Shown here piece by piece: positions 1 to 13,420 of a stretch of 64,000 bases of DNA. Below the pieces are notes generated by a model that saw only the letters and a program-made list of their open reading frames with translations, was not told the origin of the DNA and made no database searches. The number at the start of each line of letters is the position of its first letter. Position 1 is the first letter of the stretch. The stretch comes from Felis catus (lineage: Eukaryota), in NCBI RefSeq assembly GCF_018350175.1, contig NC_058368.1:227232001-227296000 (forward strand). The letters run 5' to 3'. Made by a program: the position numbers and the translations under genes.

Positions 1-3000
1 TACTGTTTTTATCTCATTGCAACTATTTTGGGGACCTTATAACAAAGCACAGTAGTGGAAATAATATTTATTTACATGCGGAAAGCTATCAAAATTTCCA
101 AGATAATAAATTTATATCTGTGACAGCAACCTTTTAATAACGTTTAAATAGTTTTTGTTCACTTTTAGTGTTTTAATTCTGTCCTATTTTGGAAAGGTAA
201 CTGCTTAAAGACTGGTTTCTTAGTATGATTTTCAGACCAGAAAATCTCAAAAACACCTGTATTTGGAGGCTCTTGATCTAAAACTGACTCTTCCTGGAAG
301 GGAACTGCCAGCAGTTCTCAGTGTAAAGTTTCGTAGGGCTGTGCCCTGTTGGTATTACAAGCTGTTGGGAAGTTCTGGTAGAGAATTGGATGCTTTGCTG
401 GGCAAGGATTTTTTTCTCCTTCAAAATTTAGGGTAAGTTTTAAAAGCAAACTATCTTTTACATAGGACTAAGCTTTGTTCCTTAAAAGTTATGCAGGGCA
501 TTGGACCAGGGACTCCTTACTACATGGGAATCATGGCTGTAAATATTGTGGCTGCATTCTGCATGGGAAAAGGGGATCCTGGAAATGTGTTAGAGGCACA
601 TCTTAGCATATACCACCCTAGCGCCTTGAGCCAGGAGTAAATGAGCTCAACTATTAGCGAGGAGATGTGACAAGCAAGGAAAGTCGTTTTTTTTGTGAGA
701 CACTTAGTGACTTAATTAAGAGAGGTGAAAATAATAATAATGAACATGGCTAATGGAACTAGATAGTTTCCACACCCTTCCTTCTGGAGCCTCCACTCTC
801 GGAGGCCTCTGAGTTGGGCATCACAGCCCTGCATAGTAGAAAGCCAGGCTTCCATGCTCTCCGGCCAGGAACTGTCCAGTGGGAACCGTCCTTGTCCCAT
901 CCTCCCTGCCCCAGCCCTAGAGGAAAGGCCTGTGTGGCGTTCAAGTGGGAATATTGCTTCGGGATTGAAACATTTTTTTTTAAATAAATTTTTTTGGGGA
1001 TCCCTGATTTTGTAAACGATCCCTGATTTTGTAGCGTGTATAAACACCCACTGAAAGAAAGAGGGTTCTGTAGAAAGAGGGTTCTGTGACTTTTCACAGT
1101 TAGCAAATTATCACCGGGAAAACCCAGGCAGCCTCACATTGTGTCTTCCGAATCCAGAAGTAGTAACCTGAGTGGAGGAACACCATCCGGCTGGCAGCCT
1201 GGGGTCACAGACGACCCTGTAGAGACAGACACCTGGTGAAGCATTCCTGGTGTTAGGCCAGGTTGTGGTCTGACCTGTGGAGGAAGCTGTGGTCTGATTG
1301 TCCTTGGGCGTTTGCTTTTCCCTCAAGAGAGCAAGAGAAACACCTTGGGGAGGTTGGCATTTCTGGAAGGAAAATGGAGAAGAGGAGGGGTCAAGTATTG
1401 GTAAGGGGAGTTAGCCTTGGGTTTTGTCGGTATCTGCCTTGTCCCCTCCCCGCAACCCCCCCAGCGACACAGAGCCACATGGGGGGGCCACAGCCCGGCT
1501 GAGTGGCTTCCCAGAGTTAAAAGTGCTCTCAAACTACAACTTGTAAAGCTTTGTGCAAATTTCAGTTCAAAGGATATTGCTTTTAAGTGCACCGTCAAAT
1601 AAATTATGAAATAGTGTATCTTAATGTGAAAGAAATGCACAAGAGATTGCCTTATAGGACTTTAAAATCAGTTTTACACATTCGGATTTGTCGCTTTCCG
1701 TGTGGAGCAGCGTGTGGAATATTCAAAACTATAGTTTCAGTATTCTGCTTATCAGAAAACCGTCACTTCGCCTAAAAAGTGTTGTCCTTGGAAAGAATAA
1801 GAAGAACACATTGAACCACCTCTCTATGAAGGCATAAAAAAAGATCCAACGTGAGATACCTTTAGAGTAGCCGACTGACCCAGTCTGCCCAAGACCGAGG
1901 CATTTCTAGCGGTCCAGGACAGGACTTTCAGGGCTAAACCAGGGGGGTCCTGGGCAAACGGGGTGGGGAGGGGGCGCTGGTGCCTTCCGAATGCCAAGAG
2001 CCAGGCTAGATGTCGGGTAAAGTGATGAACCAAGTTCAGTGTCTTATAGGCAGGGCCAGCTTAAGGGCTCTCCCTCCAGGGCCGTGCCTGTGAAAACAGT
2101 CAGTTGGGGAAGCGGTTTGGGAAAACAGACCCACAACCCTGGGCTCTTCAGTAGCCCTTTGCTAACGTGTTTGCATTTGCGTTGCTGTGAACTGTCCATT
2201 AGGACCAAGTTAGTTTTAGGTTAGCAAGGGTGCTTTTTTATCCCTAACGTTGTAGACGCCCCTCTCCCCGCACACACACTCGCACTCCCTAGCCCGCAAC
2301 ATTTAAATATCCCAAGCCATCAGGGAATATCTTCCGGCCACTTCTTGCCCCACGGGCCCCCTGGATGTGTTTGATTTGGCCTCTTCACTCAGTTCGTTCA
2401 TCACTTTCCTATTCGTGTGGTCCCCACCTTCGGTTTTTCCGGCCTGTGTGGGTGTGTGTAACCAGGCACAAGGCAGTGCCCACACGGGGGGGCTAGCCAC
2501 AAGTAACGTGTCCTCGGTGGGATATGGCACCCTGTTAGGAACACACAGTTGCCCTACGTGCCCAGGTACAAAAGGTTTCGAAGGGCAGCCTCGCCTACAG
2601 AGAACTCCTGCCTGACAGTTTTGCTACACCGGTTTTTAAAAACTTGCTTAGTCGTCATTCTTAAGGATGCCTTCGGTCTGGCAGGGTGATTTAATGTGGC
2701 ATTTAACGAGGTGATTTTCCACCTAAGACACTACTTTCCTGACGTTAATTCATCCTCCCACCCGTTTTACGGATAAAGAATCGACAGATGCCTTTTCCAA
2801 ATATTCCAAAACCGGGACCAGACATCAAGCGTTAATACTTTCCTGCAGTATGTAACATGCTGCTGAGATCGCGAAGGGTCATTTTAGAGGCTAAGTGGAC
2901 GTTTTCCTGAAGTTATTAATTTAACTCGGAGCGAATTCACGAACTTTGATGCAGACAACAGTACTTACTTCAGTATTTCCTCTTTCATATATCCTGAGGG

Positions 3001-3479
3001 CAGGAACGCAACTTGCATTTGCCTCCGATCTCCGCCCAAAACAGAGGAACTCTTTTTTATGCGATTCGATTTTGCGAGGAGGAGATTCTTTCAAAGACCG
3101 ACTCGAGAGACACGAGTGGTGCCTAATGGTTGCCCAGCCCTAGCCTGGCAGGAGTGGATTCTAGACCACGTTCCCGTCGATTTGCTGCACGAGAGCAGGC
3201 GACATGCCCAAATACGGGCTTCCTGAGCATTTGGTCGTTTATTTATAAAGTAGAGACTCGACACTTTTCTCTTGTATCGCAGAGAGAAGGCAGTATTATT
3301 TGTAGAACTTTGACATTTTCCAGTTAGACGCTGAATTCTAACCGTATGGTATGTTTAGTTTGGGGTGGTTTGGCTGGGTTATTTCTAGACATCTGACCAC
3401 CAAGATCGAGAAAGGAGAACAGATGAACTTCAGGCAGCTACGTATCAATATAGGTGTTTCTGGTGTGATACACAGTGTG

Positions 3480-3690
3480 GTGGTGGTTAGAAATACCGAA
3501 GAATTCACCTGAGTGCAAATACTGGCTTTGCCACTTACTAAGGATGTGACCCTGCTTAACTCGCTCGGCTTCTCCCAGCCTGACTTCTCTGTAGAGGGCT
3601 GGGAGTAAAACATATTTCATAAGGTCATAGTGAATGTTTAACTAGATAAAACATGTGTTGGTGCTCAGGATAGAGCCTGATACTAAATAA
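3480..3690. mobile_element. MIR remnant
   Basis: MIR core-like text: aaatactggctttgccacttactaaggatgtgacc... Confidence 0.55.
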
Positions 3691-3742
3691 GTTCTTCTAG
3701 ATTCTATTTCTCTTCTTCATAATGTACAGTAAGAGTCCTCAA

Positions 3743-3967
3743 GGGGCACCTCAGTGGCTCCGTTGGTTAAGCATCCGACTGAGGCTCAGGTCATGATCTC
3801 ACAGTTCATGGGTTCGAGCCCCGTGTTGGGCTCTATGCTGACAGCTCAGAGCCTGGAGCCTGCTTTGGATTCTGTGTCTCCCCCTCTCTCTACTCTTCCC
3901 CGGCTGACACTCTGTCTCTCCTTCTCTCAAACATAAATTAAAAAAAAAAAAAATTAAAATAAAAAAA
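3743..3967 (+). mobile_element. CAN-SINE
   Basis: tRNA-derived head, gagcctggagcctgct...gattctgtgtctccc body, CT linker, poly(A). Confidence 0.93.
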
Positions 3968-5009
3968 GTCACCAATTAACTAAACCTTTAGTAAAGGTGC
4001 ATGGTTTGAAATTCTTTCTTTTGAATGATTGTCCTACAAGGAATTCCCTTGGGTAATCCAGACCTTAAAGACAGGGACATTTGACTTGGGCAGAGTCATT
4101 TGCTTGTTCTTTTACCCCTGATTTGGATACAGTGCAGGGATGTGCCTTATTTGGATAAACTGATATCCAGCATGGCTGGAGATTAGGTCATGAAATATTT
4201 TCACCGGTAGATTTTCCATATAATCAGATCCTTATAAGAGGCCATATTTCTGGTGGCCATATAGTATGGTTCAAAGAACTGCATTAAAGACAAGCTTATT
4301 TTTAATGGTAAGATATCCTTGGGTAGTATCCAAGCCAACGTGTCATGGCCAGTTGTATGTCCCAATTGTGTGGTAAGATTACCATGATCGCTTTTTCTAA
4401 ATAGCATCAAAGAGATAGCAGTGCTAAAAATGTCGTGTTGCAGACATGCCCAAAACAGGGGGACGTATTTTATAGTTTGAAGTTAATGTGATTTGTCCTG
4501 TGCTAGAGGGGGTACCCACATGCTATGATCTGAAGTTTGCCAAGGACTGCCTGTTACCCGGACAAAAACAGACATGGCTCCTTCACCTACCTGGAGACAT
4601 TTGGAAACTTCCAGCAATCAATGGCCATTTCAGATGACGGCCCTGTCTCTTGAAGGCCTCTGTTCAGACATCCATCCCAATAAAAAGGTAACCTGAGAGG
4701 AGGAGGACCTTGCGTAAGGCATCAAACTGCACAGTGATCAACTCTCAGTGAGCAGAATGCCAAGAAAAAGAGGTCTTAGACCCAGAGACATTCTCATATA
4801 AGGAGAGTTAAAATAAAGGTCCAAGAATTTATGGACCGTGCCAGGTGGGATCCTTCAATTGGGAGGCCTGGGAAGTGGGATGAGATACAAAAGGGAGCTG
4901 AGAGGACCTTTACTGACAACCAACCTTCTTCCTCAACTACGTATGCCTGGACGGGCCTTACACGACACCCGGGTGAATAATCCCCATGGTGTGCGTGCGC
5001 TATGTTGCA

Positions 5010-5255
5010 TTTTTATTAAAAAGGCAGTGCAGACTAGCTGTTGAGAACGCCAACTCTAGGGCTAGACTGCCATTTGCACCTGTTCATCAACTTACCTTGG
5101 CTGTCCTTAAACTATTGAAGTCTTTGTGTTTCGCTTTCCTTAGCTGAAAAACTACCTGACTATAGAACTGTGGAGAGAATTTAAAGAACTAATACATGTA
5201 AAGCACTTAGAGTAGTATTTGGCACGCGGTAAAAGTATTAGTTATTATTGTTACT
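5010..5255. mobile_element. MIR remnant
   Basis: MIR-like end: taatacatgtaaagcacttagagtagtatttggcacgcggt...ttattattg. Confidence 0.55.
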
Positions 5256-5269
5256 AAAATATGTTAGAG

Positions 5270-5720
5270 CCATATCTTCAGGAAGGAAAAAGGACAGATT
5301 GGGGTCTGCTCACTGCCTGAGCCCACAACAATGATGACATCCCAGTCACTTAGCTTGTAAAAGTTTCGTTCTTGTTTGTGCCACGGGCCATATCCAGGAG
5401 GGAGGTGGCTCTGCTCCGTGCAGATCAGGAATCTAGGTTCCTAGTCCTATAGAATAGATCCATCTTATTCTAGGGCTTCTAAGTTCTTCCCTGATTTTCA
5501 GCATCCAAGTGGCAGGTAAGGGAAGAGAATATTTGCTCAGGAGTTCTTAGGAACCAGACCTTCTCGTGCGTTCCATCGGCTTATTACATTCATTACTCCT
5601 CTCACATTTTATTGGCTAGAATTGGTCACATGGCCCCACCCGATTTCAGAGGAGATGGAGAAACGTAGTTTAGCTGTGTGCCCAGGAAGCAGAGAAGAAC
5701 ATGGATGTTGGTCTGAATAT
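5270..5720. mobile_element. Old MaLR LTR (MLT1-type)
   Basis: attggtcacatggccccacc...gtagtttagctgtgtgcccaggaag resembles an MLT1 terminus. Confidence 0.5.
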
Positions 5721-5818
5721 GGATAAAGCGATAACAAATGGGTGATTTTGATTGATGTCACAACTTTCCCGTGAAGCGTAAGCATTTTTAAATTTAATTT
5801 TAAGAAATAATGAGAATC

Positions 5819-6040
5819 GGGGCACCTAGCTGGCTCAGTCGGTTTAATGTTTGACATCAGCCCAGGTCATGATCTTACGGTTCATGGGTTCAAGCCCCGC
5901 GTCAGACTCTATGCTGACAGCCCAGAGCCTGGAGCCTGCTCCCGATTCTGTGTCTCCCTCTCTCTGTGCCCCTCCCCTGCTCACGCTTTGTCTCCCCCTC
6001 TCTCTCAAAAATAAAATAAACATTAAAAAAAATTTTTTTT
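5819..6040 (+). mobile_element. CAN-SINE
   Basis: Head, body and tail present; degenerate TSD aagaa(a/c)taatg. Confidence 0.93.
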
Positions 6041-6249
6041 AAAGAACTAATGGGAAAATCTACTCTTTTAATGAGCAACACTCAAAAATTCGAATGTTCA
6101 TGTAGACCTCCAGCTATATTATCATTGCTGAATAAGACTGTAATAAAAGTTAACACTTAATGGAGCATTTACTGTAAACCGAAATACTACACACTTCACA
6201 TGCTTCTTTAATCTTAGTTAACAAGATGAAATTCTATTTTTTAATTTTT

Positions 6250-6468
6250 TTTTAATTTTTTTCAACATTTTTTATTTATTTTTGGGACAGAGAGAGACAG
6301 AGCGTGAACGTGGGAGGGGCAGAGAGAGAGGGAGACACAGAATCGGAAACAGGCTCCAGGCTCCGAGCCATCAGCCCAGAGCCCGACGCGGGGCTCGAAC
6401 TCACGGACCGCGAGATCGTGACCTGGCTGAAGTCGGACGCTTAACCGACTGCGCCACCCAGGCGCCCC
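6250..6468 (-). mobile_element. Young felid CAN-SINE inserted in the tail of an older SINE
   Basis: Reverse complement of the young subfamily; TSD tattttttaattttt at 6235-6249 and 6469-6483. Confidence 0.94.
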
Positions 6469-6563
6469 TATTTTTTAATTTTTAACGTTTATTTATTTTT
6501 GAGAGAGACCGAGCATGAGCGGTAGAGGGGCAGGGAGAGAAGAGACACAGAATCTGAAGCAGC
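6469..6563 (-). mobile_element. Truncated older CAN-SINE (3' half)
   Basis: aacgtttatttatttttgagagag...agacacagaatctgaagcag. Confidence 0.8.
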
Positions 6564-8298
6564 CCATGAATCCATAACGTGACAAAATATGGTAGAGAGT
6601 GGGTTTGTAGTCATCTACTCTTGTTTTTTACTTAGGGAGACCACATCCAGATACCCAGCAGAACAGACTTAATCCAGTGCGGGGTGTTCATTCTACCTGA
6701 TACAGCTCCTGTCACTTCGTCATGATCTGAGTGGTTTGTCAAGAAGATATAATAGACAGGAGCATGGAAAAACACACATCGGTGTGTACTTTATCCCTTG
6801 GCTTACTTTATTTGCTTAGCTAAACATGCTGTGTTTATTATCAGGTTAGCCATGCATTAGTCTGGAAAAGTAGCTCTGGTGTCTTAACGTCTGATACCTG
6901 TTTAGATTATTTTTTGGAAAATCAGTTAGGTCCCTTATTCATTGGATCTGTGGTTAATGTTTTCTTCCTAGAGGCTAGATAACCTGATGTCACTGGTCTG
7001 TGCGCTTTAATCTCTTAAGGATCTAGCATCATAGAGAAAAAAGACGCACGCACGGTTCCGTGAGCCCTTGTGGGTGGACAGTGTAGAGGGTGATTTTTGA
7101 GTGGGGAGCTTCTTTCCTTAAGAGATTCTGCGTGGCCGGTTAAGGTGAGTCAGATCATTGCCATTTTGATCAGTTCCAGAGATTTCAGCTTTCTCTGTGG
7201 AACTTAGATGTGTCTGTAAGAGCCCTGAAAAGTGGAGATGGAAACAGAAGCAGATGTGTAATCGTACAAAGGGTCTTGATAGGCCATGGAATAGCTGAGT
7301 AATTAGAATGTCTGTCCCAGCATATCTACTTCCACATTTTTGGCCAAGCTACAAGACAGTTGGCTGTTGGCCCAGTTGCTTGTGGCCTCATCTGCCTTTT
7401 GAAAAGACTCCGTATGGAAGCCAAATGAGGAAAGCAGCTACTCCTGAATATTTGGCTCGATGACCATTAGTTTGTTTGTTTTCATTGCTGCCTTGTTCAG
7501 GTTTTAGAAAAACAGGAATAATTAGGCGACCGTCGATCTGTCGGTTACGAACAGGTGATATTCCTATGCTTTTCATCGGTAGGTCTCAAAGCATTTTTCA
7601 CTGTGCAAAACCGTACTGTCCGTTATCACGTCTGTTCTTCAAAGTCATTTTCACAGAGTTGAGAATGACATTGTTCACCTTGCAGGGTGTGTGACCGTGG
7701 CCGTGGGGCACCGAGTTGAGCTGACGGGCTGGGCTCAAGAGAGGGGCAAGGCAGAAAATGAAAGCACGCAGGGCCACCTTCTCCGGCTGTAACATTGGTA
7801 ATTTAGTATAGACTTTGGACTTGGGACCTCATTCTTGAAAGCTGGGGACCCTTTTGCAACATATCAGGATCCAGGAGTATAGCAATCTCTCATACTAATT
7901 GGTTACGTGATCTCACAAACTGCAGGACTTTATATTTATTAGCTGGCATTGTTTGGAAAGGACTGTTTATTTTTATAATGGGCAACGTCACATGGCTGTT
8001 CTCATTCCATGAGCTAATATTGAGGGTGTTTTGGTTTCTGTGGCACACTGGGCTGTTGTGTTTTAGATTCCATGACCACAGACGTGCATTATCATTCCCC
8101 TCCTAATTCAAATGCAGCTCAATTTTAACACTAAAAAGAGACCATTTTTAATATTCGCTCTCTTGGACGAATTGCCCGGTCATGATTGCCCCGTAGGGCT
8201 TCTAGTCCAGTTTGGGTTTGGATTGCTAAACAGCAAACCATCTCTAGGCTATGTCTACCCGGCTCTGATTCTCTCCCCACCCCAGTAAGAAATCTGAT

Positions 8299-8530
8299 GG
8301 GGCTCCTGGGCGGCTCAGTCAGTTAAGCGTCCGACTTCGGCTCAGGTCAGGATCTCACGGTCTGTGAGTTCGAGCCCCGAGCCGGGCTCTGTGCTGACTG
8401 CTCAGAGCCCGGAGCCTGCTTCGGATTCTGTGTCTCCCTCTCTCTCTACCCCTCCCCTGTTCGTGCTCTGTCTCGCTCTCTGTCTCTGTCTCTCTCTCTC
8501 TCAAAAATAAATAAACATTAAAAAAACAAA
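8299..8530 (+). mobile_element. CAN-SINE
   Basis: Full length; TSD aagaaatctg. Confidence 0.93.
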
Positions 8531-9054
8531 AAGAAATCTGGAGAAAAATCATTTTCCTGTCACTTTTTAATTTTCTCGTATTTATATTTCATCAGAACCT
8601 GTTTTTTGGGGTTTTTTTTTTCTTTTTTAGGAAGGATGGTCCTGCTGAAAATAGATGGTTTTAGCCTTCGTGTTTGTGGAGAAAATGCAACCGAGATGTG
8701 TTTTCCTGCAGGCTCTTCGTCAGTGTATGATATTCTTGTTACCACCTACTTGTTCAGTGGTTTCTGTTCTGTTGCCTGTTGATCTGGGCGACGGCACCAC
8801 AGGAAGAAAGGAAAGTTTAAATGTGGAAGTGACCTCTTATGCGTCAGAGCCTCTGCACTTGAAAGCCATTTGTTAGTTTTGATCTCTAGTTGGCTTGGGA
8901 AGAACCCACTTTTTCTCTCCGGGTCCTCCAGTTACTGAGTGATTTGTAGGAGGGTCTTGCACTCCAACTCCACGCTACGATTGCTTTCTTGCCACGTGAT
9001 GTTAGAAACGGTTCATTGCGTGGACAGCATTTCTCTTCTTTTATGAATTATTTA

Positions 9055-9113
9055 AAAATTTTTTCTAAGTTTATTTATTTTGAGAAACACAGAGACAGCG
9101 TGAGAGGGGGAGG

Positions 9114-9151
<38 letters not shown>

Positions 9152-9267
9152 CCCAAGCCAGCAGCGCAGAGCCTGATGTGGGGCTCAAACTCACGAAACC
9201 ATGAGATCCTGACCCGAGCCGAAACCAAGAGTTGGGACCTTAACTGACTGAGCTCCCCAGGCGCCCC
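9055..9267 (-). mobile_element. CAN-SINE with expanded (GA)n
   Basis: Ends in caggcgcccc; (AG)n at about 9117-9148. Confidence 0.9.
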
Positions 9268-10006
9268 AAATGATTTTATTTTTTAATTGCTGTTGTTGTT
9301 ATTTCCTGCTATTCTGGGAGATAGACACACTGACATTTGAATGTTCAGAGCACTTAGGAACTAACTGAACCTAACTGAACCTAAGTTCAGAGCACTTAGG
9401 ACCAATGCAGCAAGTCAACTAAAGTTGTTTTCTTTTAACAAAAACCGTAAAACAGTACAGATTCGGCTCTCTGACTGCCCAGGCGACTATTAGCAGTAAT
9501 CTCTGAAGTTCGTACTTTGCCCCTTTGCAACAAATACAGTCAATGTCAGAAGCGTGGTTGGAAATTTGGTTTCATTTAGTGTTGTAAAATTTCATAACAA
9601 TGTACTTAATATTACTAAGCCCAGATAGCCTCGAATGAATACAGTATTAGTGGTATTTCATGGCAGATACTTAAGGCACAGGAAGAGGGCAAAAGTGGTC
9701 TTCGTGTATTTCTTGGACTTGCAGATTCGTGGGCATGACATTTCTGTCGTTTATTAGCAGAGTTTTGACTATTGTGGTTAGCATTGCTTCTGAATACGTG
9801 CTGTGTGTCGGGGGAAAAAATGGAAGGCCGCTACCTTTTTACATACAGTAAAAAGATTATATAACAGAGTTAAATCAGTAGCAGAGCAGATGGGCCCATT
9901 GTACGGTCATTACGTGATTCTGCTGGTGTGCTATTTCTGAAGTGTGAAATATTCATTTTGCTCAGATGGTTCCAAAAAACAGCCTCTCCCAAAGAATTGT
10001 CGAAGG

Positions 10007-10339
10007 CAGCACTGCCCAACACAAACAGAATATGAGCCACGTGTGAAATTCGAAATTACCTCGTAGCCCCATTTAAAAGGTAAAAAGTATAAATTAGTGA
10101 GAATAATCTTTGTATATTTTACTCAACCTCTTGTACCTAAAATGCCGTCATTTCAACTTGTAATCAAAGTAAAATGATCAGTGAGAGGTTTACTCTTCTT
10201 TTTTCTTTTTTTTGGTGTTAAGTCTTCGAAATCCCATGTGTATGTATCTTACACGTATCTTACATCTCTCTTCACTGGTCACGTATCAAATGCTCAAGTG
10301 GCCGCATGTGGCCAGTGGTTATTGCACTGGACAGCCCAG
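10007..10339. mobile_element. MER33-type hAT-Charlie non-autonomous DNA transposon
   Basis: Ends cagcactgcccaa.../...ctggacagcccag and internal taagtcttcgaaatc, tgctcaagtggccgcatgtggccagtgg match the MER33/MER3 consensus as recalled; about 330 bp. Confidence 0.75.
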
Positions 10340-11369
10340 GTCTGGTGTTTTCATAAAGTCCACTAATGGTTTGATTGCCACGTCAGGTAGGAGGCAGAAC
10401 GGGATCGTGTGAAATGTCTGCTCGTCTGCAGAAAACGAAACGTCACCCCCTGAAAGGGTTGACGAGAATTTGCGGAAAATACAACTTTATTTCTGAATTG
10501 TTTATTTGTACAGGTCAAATGCTGCTCTGTAGCAGACTTGACTTTGTTTTGATGGAAAAAAACCCACTGATCTAATGTTAGTCATTTCCTAAAGGAAATT
10601 AAAATTCAACATCATAGAGCCTTAATGTAAAGGATTCTTTTTTCACTCATTTATCTGGGTCTGCTGTTGCCATAGCTACATGGATGCCATGCGGTAGAAA
10701 TTAAAGACTCCAGTTATAGTCTCAATGCTTTCTTTAGTTATCACATTACTTTTCAGTAACGGTAGTTTTTATCGTATTGGGCTCCTTTCTCCCTGAAAAT
10801 GTGGAATTTCTGCTTAATGAATGCTTATGTTTTTATTTGGTATGGTCACTGGAAAGATGACACGTTCATGCCATTCCAAATGCTTGAAAGACCTCGCTTA
10901 TAGCAACTATAAGCCCTAATTACCAGAAACGATTAGTGTTAACTCATAACCGGAACCAGTCACAGAGTTTTTATGTGTGGTGATTTTCCACCCTCGGTGC
11001 TTCCTCTATAATATGGGCTATTTTATGCCATTGCATTTTCAGAGTATAAGAGCTGTTACCGAAATTCTAAGGGAGGTGATAACATGCTCTCTGTCTTTGT
11101 GGCCAATTAACAGAGGTGCTTCCAACCAGATGGGCCTCATTCTGAAGCAGCTATGACCTTTGAGTTTATTAGTGTTGATTGGAGATGGAAGTTTTGCTGG
11201 ATTATTATCCCCCAGGGATTAGTAATAGAGGCATATGCTCAGAATTAATTCGGAGTGTCTCTACAAACCCGTAAATCTATTATCCTCTTGACGTTGACTC
11301 TCATAAGGTCTTTGCATGCTTTTAAAGTTTAATAACGTAAACTTTTTGCACGGTAGAAACTGACGATGA

Positions 11370-11785
11370 TTGTCCCCTTAACCAAATTGTGGGTAGCCCT
11401 CTTCGCAACCTAGACCTTGACCCTGGCCTTCCATGTCCGTTCTTGCCTCGCCTGCCCTTTGCAAGAATCCTGCTATGTCAGTTTAGAGAGAATCCCCCAC
11501 CCTTGATACGTGATCACCCAGGAAATCTGTCACATTCCTCATTCCCCACCCTGGCTGTAGGTAAGTGCCTGACCTGCCTTTAGCGAGACTCTCCCCACCC
11601 TTGATGTCATCCACAGACCGCCCCCCCACTCTGCTCATTGGCTGTGGAGCTCCACTTGTCCTTGACGTCTTCACAGTTGAACTTGTTCTATTGCCACTGT
11701 ATAGTGTTGACCCCCTACTTTAATAGCCCTGAGTAAATCTGCCTCACTGTTTTAACAAGTGTCAGAGTAACTTTTTTCTTTAACA
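11370..11785 (+). mobile_element. ERV1 solo LTR (MER31/MER67-like)
   Basis: 5' cttaaccaaatt; internal gcaagaatcctgct and gagaatcccccacccttgat; 3' tttaacaagtgtcagagtaacttttttctttaaca. Confidence 0.65.
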
Positions 11786-13420
11786 AAATAATCACCAAAT
11801 TGCACAGAAAGCCCATTAAACTTTAGGACAATTTCCTTATATGATGACACACAGGAAATTCTTGTTTCATCCCCAAACTAAAGAAACACTACTTAAAGGA
11901 GGCTAGAGTAAAATCTGTGGTTAGAATTGAAGTTCATTCTTATTTAGAGAGTTTGTTGTTTATCACTGTTGTGTAGACATTTTACCGTATTTACAACCAA
12001 ATGTAAAAACGGGCCTAAAACTTTATAGAAAGCTTATTTGCAGAATGCTGGATCTCCCCCGTCTTAACTGTCTCTATAGGAGTAAAGTGTTCTCAATTTA
12101 TAGCACATTGGCCCAAAATATTTGGGCCTGTATCTCCCAGGGATATTCTCTAATGAGTTGCGACCGTTTTTAGAGATTGGGTTTAGTTTATTTTAACCCA
12201 CTTACAGGAAGTTATTGAGAGTACACATGGAAAAGGGACTCTCTTTATGGCAAAAATAAGCATACTAAAATGAAGGTGACCAAGAATTACACTGTAACCT
12301 TAGAATAGTTTGTCTTGCAGGGAGGACCTTGTTGCATAAATGCTGGACCTCCTAGGGAGCGCCCGTTCCCTCAGAGATTCCTGGCTGCATTCCAGCAATA
12401 TGGTGCCATATAAGATGTGGTCGCATTGACTTGTGTATCAGTCTGTTTCCTCCCAGAATGTCTTTCCTCAGTGTTTAGTCACATGTTATCCAAAAGAGAG
12501 AACGCATAATACGATAATTCCCTATTCACAGCTGAGCTTTGTAGTAAAACTACCTTCAGTCGCCATGTTAAAACCTCCAGAAACTCGTCTGGTTTTAGAA
12601 TAAGGTACTTCGGATTTTTAAAAATCAGCTCTTTTTGAAAGTATCTCTGCAGAAGCAATTAAATCCAAGTTCTTTGCTAGGACCTTTGCTGAAGGATCCT
12701 CTGCTAACTGTCTTATCGTGGGCATATTTCAACAAGTCCTAGACCAGAATGACAGCATTTCAGTGAGACTTTTTATTTCTGGGTGAAAGAAACCAGGGCA
12801 GAATCGCTCCATTCCCATTCGAAAAGGGACACCTATGAAACTAGGGGGAGTATGAAGCCAGTTTGCTAAGATGTAACTAGTTGCATGAATGGGATCCTTT
12901 TTCTGTTTCTGCCTCATTAAAAAAAAAAAAAAGGCTCAAGGAGGGGTGGATGGTGGGAGGGGGCCAACTTTCTCCCTTACGTGGTTCTGCTGGAGAGCAA
13001 TACTGACTTAACTGTGGAGTACAGGCAAACCCGGGCTTCCAGGTGAAATCAAGTAGTTGAGGGGGAAAAGCTTAAGGTTTCATCAGGATGCATAATGAAT
13101 CGTGACCGTGATGGCAGGCTCATAGAATAGGAAACAAAGTGTATCCAGCTATAGGTTTCTTTAAATCTTGCTCCTCCTGCATCTGCTTTTAAATTTTAAA
13201 GTTTGCTACTGTTATTATAACAAGGCTTATTCCTTGTGATGGGAGTGTGGATGACACCCCTCTCCAGGCAAAGCAGATCTAGGCTGAACTTGGGCATTAC
13301 AGGTTGGGTAGCCATGTTTGAGACCTGGCGTCTACCCAGGAACGACTCGCTGGACGAAATACCCTGAGGAAATAAGCAACCTTTTGATTCTTTGCATTTG
13401 TGAATCTAAACACATAAAGT

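Noticed and set aside
8600..8660. Strong polypyrimidine-AG acceptor as a cryptic exon or recursive splice site (similar motifs at about 55895 and 62178)
   Set aside because: No convincing partner donor or conserved frame was found. Such motifs are frequent in long introns and cannot be supported without RNA data.
9343..9401. CRISPR-like repeat-spacer arrangement
   Set aside because: Only two repeat copies, in a mammalian intron, with no cas genes.
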